Below, in pieces: positions 39,889 through 44,512 of a DNA stretch of 44,512 nucleotides (positions are counted from its first letter, which is position 1; every line of letters begins with the position of its first letter). The DNA lies in the IMG/VR virus record IMGVR_UViG_3300048851_000084, positions 1 to 44,512 of that record. One strand, written 5' to 3'. The notes beneath the pieces were generated by a model. It searched no databases and was not told where the DNA came from. It saw only the letters and a program-made list of their open reading frames with translations. Position numbers and translations under genes: made by a program. The stretch comes from a virus.

Positions 39889-40251
39889 GTGGCCCCCGTG
39901 TCTGATCCCTTCGAGACGTTGCCCAAAGTCCTGTCCCTGGACGACCTGCTGTCGATCCGTTCGCCGTCGACGTACCTGGTCAAAGTCGACGGTGACAGCA
40001 TGCAAGGCGCCGGGATCTACTCCGGCGACATCCTGATAGTGGATAAGGGCATCGAGCCCACGCGCGGCGACATCGTTATAGGCGTGATCAACAATGAGCC
40101 GCTGTGCAAGCGCCTGGACTACGAGGGCCGCACCCCGGTGTTACGTTCGGAAAACCCGCGCTACCCGCCGCGCTGGATTATGGAAGGTGACGATTTTAGC
40201 GTGTGGGGAGTTGTCCGCTACAGCCTGCGCGCGCATACGCGGGAGACTTAA
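39889..40251 (+). CDS. umuD: UmuD'-like S24 peptidase-fold protein lacking the cleavable N-terminus (120 aa; GTG start at 39889 or 39898)
   Basis: STYLVKVDGDSMQGAGIYSGDILIVDKG...GDIVIGVINNEPLCKRL aligns with UmuD from about residue 30 (GDSM Ser, CKRL Lys). No Cys/Ala-Gly cleavage segment. No umuC in the genome. Confidence 0.75.
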   Translation: MAPVSDPFETLPKVLSLDDLLSIRSPSTYLVKVDGDSMQGAGIYSGDILIVDKGIEPTRGDIVIGVINNEPLCKRLDYEGRTPVLRSENPRYPPRWIMEGDDFSVWGVVRYSLRAHTRET

Positions 40252-40297
40252 TCCGTCGGCCCTGGTCTGATGTCTGCCCCCATTAGGATCTGCCTAT

Positions 40298-40528
40298 ATG
40301 CCTACCGAAACCGCTGCTAACCTGCGCACCAAAGCCCTGGCCGATTGGAAAAAAGCGGTCAACGATCAAAGCGCACTGCTGCGTGACCCGTCACAACGCA
40401 TTAAAGAGCTGACCGACCAGGCGCGCCAGGCGCACGACCAGGGCGTGATAAATGCCGAGGATCTGCGCGAGTTATTGGAATGGGCAGACGCGGCCTTTGC
40501 CTGGGCCGAGGAACACCGCACGGCCTGA
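40298..40528 (+). CDS. hypothetical helical protein (76 aa)
   Basis: ATG ORF; contains the CGTGACCCGTCAC 13-mer. Confidence 0.45.
   Translation: MPTETAANLRTKALADWKKAVNDQSALLRDPSQRIKELTDQARQAHDQGVINAEDLRELLEWADAAFAWAEEHRTA
40383..40394. repeat. GTGAC-CC-GTCAC palindrome (13-mer CGTGACCCGTCAC)
   Basis: Inside CDS 40298..40528; encodes RDPS. Confidence 0.9.
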
Positions 40529-40533
40529 GCCGA

Positions 40534-40782
40534 TCAGGGCAGCCGGGTGCGTTCCTGGTTTATCACCCGCTGCAATTGCTGGAGCGCGACCAGGTCGCCC
40601 CCGACGCATTCGCGCCAGGCCTTGTGGGTGTTCTTATACAGGCCGTCAATCTCGCTGATCACCCTGCGGTAACGTGCGACCTCAAGCATTAGCCGGCGAA
40701 GATCAGGCGCGCCGTGCTGGGTCCAAAGCTGTCGCAGTTCGGTTTCGGTGATCGGTTCAAATGGCGGGAGTACGCGGGCCAT
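40534..40782 (-). CDS. hypothetical protein (82 aa), SOS-regulated candidate
   Basis: ATG 14 bp from a perfect LexA box; AAAGG RBS. Confidence 0.5.
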   Translation of the reverse strand: MARVLPPFEPITETELRQLWTQHGAPDLRRLMLEVARYRRVISEIDGLYKNTHKAWRECVGGDLVALQQLQRVINQERTRLP

Positions 40783-40795
40783 GCTGAGCGCCTTT

Positions 40796-40815
40796 TACTG
40801 TTTGGATGTACAGTA
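40796..40815. promoter_or_regulatory. LexA (SOS) box
   Basis: TACTGtttggatgtaCAGTA, i.e. TACTG-N10-CAGTA / CTGT-N8-ACAG, in a divergent intergenic region. Confidence 0.75.
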
Positions 40816-40892
40816 TTGCGAGGCGAGGTTTTGATTGCCAGTACCGGCGATCAGGCGCCGTTTTTCGGCTATCACGATGAGAGGTTTGCGGC

Positions 40893-41117
40893 ATGAGCCA
40901 ACGCGGTATTGATTACATGACGGCTTACACGGCTGTCAGTGCCCAGCTGATCGAGGAAGGCTATGAGGATCTGCTGGACGGCGGGCCCGGTGGCGTGCGC
41001 GAGGCGCTGGCCCAGATGATGGGTGATGCCGAACAGATGATGATCCGGGCCGCCGCGCTCAAGGCCCAGCTGGATGCTGCCGACGCGCAAATGGCCGATA
41101 GTAAGGATCTGCATTAA
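40893..41117 (+). CDS. hypothetical acidic protein (74 aa)
   Basis: ATG ORF divergent from 40534..40782. Confidence 0.45.
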   Translation: MSQRGIDYMTAYTAVSAQLIEEGYEDLLDGGPGGVREALAQMMGDAEQMMIRAAALKAQLDAADAQMADSKDLH

Positions 41118-41434
41118 TAGTTAGGCGAACGGCCGGCGTAAGGAATTAGGCCGGCCAGACGGCGTGCAATTCGGTGTCTGAAAAGGGGTCAGAACGGGGG
41201 ATAAGGGCCTGGCGGCGCGGCGCCTGGATAGTCGGCGGCTATAGCTTTTGTCACTGCCCGGGCGCATACCGATTGTCATAAATGCTTCGCCCGGGCGCCG
41301 GGAGGTCTACAAAAAGCACCTGCACCATTTAATTCAATGTTGATTTATAAGGGTTTTTTGCCTTTACCCGTCAAAACGGCGCGCATTCTAGCGGCCGTCG
41401 GTCGACAAAATCAAATGGTTTTACTTGTAAACGC

Positions 41435-41462
41435 TTGCACAATTTATCAGAACTGATAATCT
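41435..41462 (+). promoter_or_regulatory. Promoter plus 16-bp palindromic operator (TTATCAGAACTGATAA, 41444-41459) of the HTH gene
   Basis: TTGCAC-16 nt-TAATCT, with the palindrome filling the spacer. Confidence 0.55.
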
Positions 41463-41571
41463 CCGCCTGACCCGACATCGTAAATAATGATTATCCACAA
41501 ATTGTTCGATTGAATTTGCAAATCAAATACCCAAGAGACATAACCTCCCCCTATGTCGGAGGACCCCCGAA

Positions 41572-41883
41572 ATGAGCCAAAATATATTCGAGCTGTTCAC
41601 AGCTGATCCCGTGGAATACAACATGAAGCACCTAAAGGTGCAGCTATTCGCGGCGCTGACAAAGCTGATACGTGAAAAGCGGTGGACCCAAACCGAGGCC
41701 GCCCAGGAACTGAACGTGAGTCCGCCAAGAATGAGCAACCTGTTCAAAGGTCACTTAGAGAAATTTTCCATCGACGCGCTGATCGAAATGCTGGTCCGTA
41801 TCGGTTATAAGCTCGATGTAGATTTCGATCCCGATAATCGGCAGCAACCGCTAACGATGAACGTAAAAAAGGCGACGCTGTGA
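41572..41883 (+). CDS. XRE-type HTH protein, HigA/HTH_37-like antitoxin candidate (103 aa)
   Basis: LIREKRWTQTEAAQELNVSPPRMSNLFKGHLEKFSIDALIEMLVRIG is typical of HTH_37 antitoxins. Confidence 0.7.
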   Translation: MSQNIFELFTADPVEYNMKHLKVQLFAALTKLIREKRWTQTEAAQELNVSPPRMSNLFKGHLEKFSIDALIEMLVRIGYKLDVDFDPDNRQQPLTMNVKKATL

Positions 41884-41933
41884 AGCGTCGCCCTGTGGAT
41901 AGATCGCCCTGCCGCGCTCTATTTACCCGCCTG

Positions 41934-42323
41934 TTACTCATCCCCTGCTTTGATCGCCGCTATCAAAGCCTTTAGCCGTAGCTCTACGGTTGACATCAAG
42001 TGCCTGTCTACACCGTTCGTTGTTTTCTCTCCGACGTACAACACGTAGATAACGCCTTTGACACCCGTGTAATACACGCACCGCCATGCTGGCCGGCCGT
42101 TCTCCTTGAGTTCGTACACGTTGGGGCCCAGTGCTCGCAAAGGGCTGACGGTACTTGTTGCTTCCATGTTGTTGCATAGATTGGTCAAGCTGAGCACGAA
42201 TCTTAGCTGCTCTCTATCAGGTGCTGCCGCCATTTCCTTGCCTGCTGCTTTTGCAGGGTAGAACTTGACGATGCGACGGTTATTACTTGCGGTGTCGGTA
42301 TTTTCGTTTTTGTGGTGTTGCAT
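41934..42323 (-). CDS. Gp49/HigB (RelE-superfamily)-like toxin candidate (129 aa; track ORF extends to TTG 42374)
   Basis: IVKFYPAKAAGKEMAAAPDREQLRFV...LGPNVYELKENGRPAWRCVYYTGVKGVIYVLYVGEKTTNG fits the Gp49-like pattern; GAGG RBS before ATG 42323. Confidence 0.6.
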   Translation of the reverse strand: MQHHKNENTDTASNNRRIVKFYPAKAAGKEMAAAPDREQLRFVLSLTNLCNNMEATSTVSPLRALGPNVYELKENGRPAWRCVYYTGVKGVIYVLYVGEKTTNGVDRHLMSTVELRLKALIAAIKAGDE

Positions 42324-42474
42324 GGGATACCTCATAATTGTGGAGAGCTGGGCTATAACTGGACATGATTTCAATACCTTTCAGGTTTGGGTTAACTAGC
42401 ACAATCGTAGGCTAAGGCTAAAAATCGCCTGTTTTAAGCGCCGTCGTCGTAGACGGTATTATGCCAGTGCGGTA

Positions 42475-42502
42475 ACCTTATCAGAATTGATAAGATTCGC
42501 AA
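42475..42502 (-). promoter_or_regulatory. Promoter plus 16-bp operator (TTATCAGAATTGATAA, 42478-42493) of the toxin-like gene
   Basis: Minus strand reads TTGCGA-16 nt-TAAGGT. Geometry matches 41435-41462, and the operator is 15/16 identical. Confidence 0.55.
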
Positions 42503-42644
42503 ACTATTTCTAGCTTGTTACGGCAATTATTAAATTGACGTCAAATTAGTTTCAGTCGGGTTTGCATTGCTGGCTAAGCGCACGGCCTGGGCGGGAGGAT
42601 GCCGAGGATGTGCGCGAGCTGCTGGAATGTGCGGACGCTGCCTA

Positions 42645-43040
42645 TTATTTGGCGCCCGTCACGCGGTCGTATTCCTCCCAGCTTGCGAACCCTATGGGAC
42701 GCTTGGGCTGTTCTGGGTGGACCCGTTTCTGGCGTACTAACAGGACATTGATCTGGCTAACGTGCTGAATCAATTTAACAGGCGAGCCATCAGGTCGAGT
42801 GCCGATAAAGCCGATCAGCGAGGGGTTCCAGTAGGTCAAGTCGTCAAAGGAAAATGTGATTTCACTTCCAAAGCTGACCAGCTGGCCGCCGACCTCATAT
42901 TCGTCCTCTAGGTCCCTATGAAAATCATTGATCCATTCGATCAAGCGGCGATGAAACTCGCTCGCATAGTTCGGATCTTTGAAATCGGCCATGTTTGGCA
43001 TGCTGCTGTAGGTGGACATTAGCTCGAATGGGTCGGACAT
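42645..43040 (-). CDS. hypothetical protein (131 aa; alternative start at 43124)
   Basis: MSDPFELMSTYSS...NYASEFHRRLIEWINDFHRDLEDEYEVGGQLVSFG...; looks like a conserved family, which I cannot name with confidence. Confidence 0.5.
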   Translation of the reverse strand: MSDPFELMSTYSSMPNMADFKDPNYASEFHRRLIEWINDFHRDLEDEYEVGGQLVSFGSEITFSFDDLTYWNPSLIGFIGTRPDGSPVKLIQHVSQINVLLVRQKRVHPEQPKRPIGFASWEEYDRVTGAK

Positions 43041-43205
43041 ATGCTTTCCGGGTATAGATGGTGGGAACGCCAGTCTAGCCGGGGGCTGAAGGTCCTGCGG
43101 TTCTTCTTTGGGTGCTGCAAACATCAGGAGGCGAGTTTTCCCGCTGAAGTCCTGATTTAATGAGCGGACGTCTGAACCCTATCCAAACAGCAAGGAGCAA
43201 GACCA

Positions 43206-43367
43206 ATGCAGATCAGTGAAGCGTATGAAGTGGCTGAGGTTCGCAGTCCCGCCGATGCGAACAAAATGATAAGGGATGGCTGGAAACTGCTAGCCGTTGC
43301 GCCTGGATCAACCGGCGGCAACGGTAGCACCTACGTGATCTATGTCCTGGGCAAGCCCAAGCGGTGA
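43206..43367 (+). CDS. small hypothetical protein (53 aa); below the ORF-track cutoff
   Basis: AAGGAG RBS 8 nt before the ATG; MQISEAYEVAEVRSPADANKMIRDGWKLLAVAPGSTGGNGSTYVIYVLGKPKR. Confidence 0.4.
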   Translation: MQISEAYEVAEVRSPADANKMIRDGWKLLAVAPGSTGGNGSTYVIYVLGKPKR

Positions 43368-43584
43368 CCGCTGGAGTTTCAGCGCGCGCACCGATCCCCA
43401 GCGACGATAAGCAGCGTTACGAATAACGGGTGCTATGTTAAAAGCACCCCCTCACACGACACGGCCCTGGCGGCCTTTTTTTCTGGTCGCGGCAACCACT
43501 CCCCGGTATACTGGCGTACCAGTCCTGGGGGTTCTGGTTTTATGCGTTACGGCCCCCTGCCCCGAACCTGACCAGGTGCCCGTC

Positions 43585-43980
43585 ATGTCCCACCGTCGCA
43601 GCCCGCTGCACACCCGCGAACGCCGTCGCTTTATCCGCCCTGAACCCATGGCCAACCCCGACAGCGGCCGCGCCGATCCCTTGTATTGGGACGCGGTGCG
43701 CTTTGTCCTGGCACGCGGCCGGGTCGGCACCGTCGGCCTAATGCGCCGCTTCAACATCGGCCGGCAGCGCGCCTATGATCTGCTGATCGGTATGCGTGCG
43801 GCCGGGGTGCTGTACCCCGGGCACTGGCGGGGGGTCTATCGGCCGATGGGCCTGGCCTGGCGTTGGCTGCAACTGATCGGCACGCACGCCGATGCGCCGA
43901 GCAGCCCAGGCGCCTTTCGCCTGTACCTGGATGGACACCCCGCCTATGCCCGCGTGCCGGGCTGGAGGGCTGCCGCATGA
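43585..43980 (+). CDS. small protein with an FtsK-gamma-like winged helix (131 aa)
   Basis: DPLYWDAVRFVLARGRVGTVGLMRRFNIGRQRAYDLLIGMRAAGVL parallels the FtsK gamma domain (DPLY..AV.FV......S.S.lQR.l.IGYNRAAR.i..mE..GiV). Confidence 0.55.
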   Translation: MSHRRSPLHTRERRRFIRPEPMANPDSGRADPLYWDAVRFVLARGRVGTVGLMRRFNIGRQRAYDLLIGMRAAGVLYPGHWRGVYRPMGLAWRWLQLIGTHADAPSSPGAFRLYLDGHPAYARVPGWRAAA

Positions 43981-44345
43981 ATCCAGGCGTGAACCCAACC
44001 GATGAAATCGACACCATCGTTCACCAGCTCGACGCGCTGTTTGGCGAGCTGGAAGGCCTGCCCGAAGGCGAGGCGATCAGCCAGGCGCTGCGCGACCGGG
44101 CGGACAGGATTCAGGCCATGGCCCAAGCCTGCCGCGCTACATCGCTGTTTCCCCTGACGGCGGACAAGTTCGAGCAGGCACGCAAGCGGCTGGAGCAGAT
44201 CACCCACCCGAGCCAGTACCTGGCCCGCGCCTGGAACGAGCTGTTAGACCAGATCGCCCATGCGGACGGCTATCTGCAAGCGTCGGCCTACGTGGTGTTT
44301 TTTGTGCCCCTGGTCGCGCTGTACCTGCCAGCGGTGCCGGCATGA
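43977..44345 (+). CDS. hypothetical protein (122 aa)
   Basis: ATGA-coupled internal start (MNPGVNPTDE...) of track ORF 43863..44345. Confidence 0.45.
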   Translation: MNPGVNPTDEIDTIVHQLDALFGELEGLPEGEAISQALRDRADRIQAMAQACRATSLFPLTADKFEQARKRLEQITHPSQYLARAWNELLDQIAHADGYLQASAYVVFFVPLVALYLPAVPA

Positions 44346-44512
44346 GCCTGGCCGAGCGGATGAAGGCGACCCCGGCCGAGATCGAGGCCGGCGAACGACG
44401 ACTGGCCGCCCGAATCGCGACGATTCATAAAGCCGACACCGACGAGGACCGCGAGGACGCCGTGTGGTATGCCCGCCGCGTCCTCGACCAGCTGCTGGAC
44501 TGCGGTTACAGC
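44342..44512 (+). CDS. 5' part of a junction-spanning hypothetical protein (continues at 128..379)
   Basis: ATGA coupling at 44342-44345; the frame is continuous across the circular junction. Confidence 0.5.
   Translation, partial: MSLAERMKATPAEIEAGERRLAARIATIHKADTDEDREDAVWYARRVLDQLLDCGYS
44386..44512. repeat. Terminal overlap copy 2 (identical to 1-127)
   Basis: Same comparison. A length of 127 is typical of a de Bruijn-graph circularisation overlap (inference). Confidence 0.95.

Larger units (their letters stand above)
1..44512. mobile_element. Complete circular temperate phage / phage-plasmid genome (unit length 44,385 bp)
   Basis: Window ends overlap exactly (1-127 = 44386-44512). Full virion module at 13.2-34.9 kb, lysis cassette, cI-type repressor and integrase, plus RepA-like and ParA/ParG-like genes. 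Confidence 0.8.

Noticed and set aside
41491-41499. Perfect DnaA box TTATCCACA (plus an 8/9 match, TGTGGATAG, at 41894-41902), considered as a second origin.
   Set aside because: About 0.3 perfect 9-mers are expected by chance on two strands of 44 kb. There is no cluster of boxes or adjacent AT-rich unwinding element, and the site lies in the leader of the HTH gene. It is worth remembering but is not evidence of an origin.
43510-43523. ACTGG-CGTA-CCAGT inverted repeat near the early promoter, considered as a second LexA box.
   Set aside because: The half-site spacing (TACTG-N6-CAGT) does not fit CTGT-N8-ACAG. It may be an operator for another protein, but there is no supporting evidence.

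Overview
High-GC window whose first 127 bp are identical to its last 127 bp, so it represents one complete circular replicon of 44,385 bp. It is a temperate tailed-phage genome that also carries plasmid-type maintenance genes, making it a phage-plasmid candidate. Layout: (i) 1.5-4.6 kb, minus strand: a ParA/ParG-like partition operon, a membrane-anchored LuxR-type regulator and a cI-type (HTH+S24) repressor. (ii) 4.8-9.8 kb: a rightward early operon with a Q21-like antiterminator candidate, a stand-alone LytTR protein and a P4-type tyrosine integrase. (iii) 9.8-11.9 kb: a strong late promoter followed by two intrinsic terminators, then a pinholin/SAR-endolysin/spanin lysis cassette. (iv) 13.2-21.3 kb: a lambda-like head module (Nu1/gpA terminase, gpW, portal, S49 protease, scaffold, gpD-like, gpE-like capsid), joined to a Mu-like contractile tail and baseplate module at 22.5-34.9 kb. 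(v) 36.0-37.8 kb: an IncFII-RepA-like initiator followed by an ORF-poor, dyad-rich putative origin. (vi) 37.9-43.4 kb: accessory cassettes, namely a pre-processed UmuD'-like protein, two paralogous tail-anchored peptides, a LexA-box-controlled divergent pair, and a convergent HigB/Gp49-like plus HTH pair in an AT-richer island. Two sequence-level signals stand out. Seven arrays of 8-bp-phased GTAG tetramer boxes lie at parA, int and four accessory promoters, which suggests a ParG/omega-like global operator. A GTGAC-NN-GTCAC palindrome is over-represented and supplies the stop codon at four module boundaries. No rRNA, tRNA, CRISPR array or transposase was seen. All functional calls come from motif recognition by eye; no database search or folding program was available.
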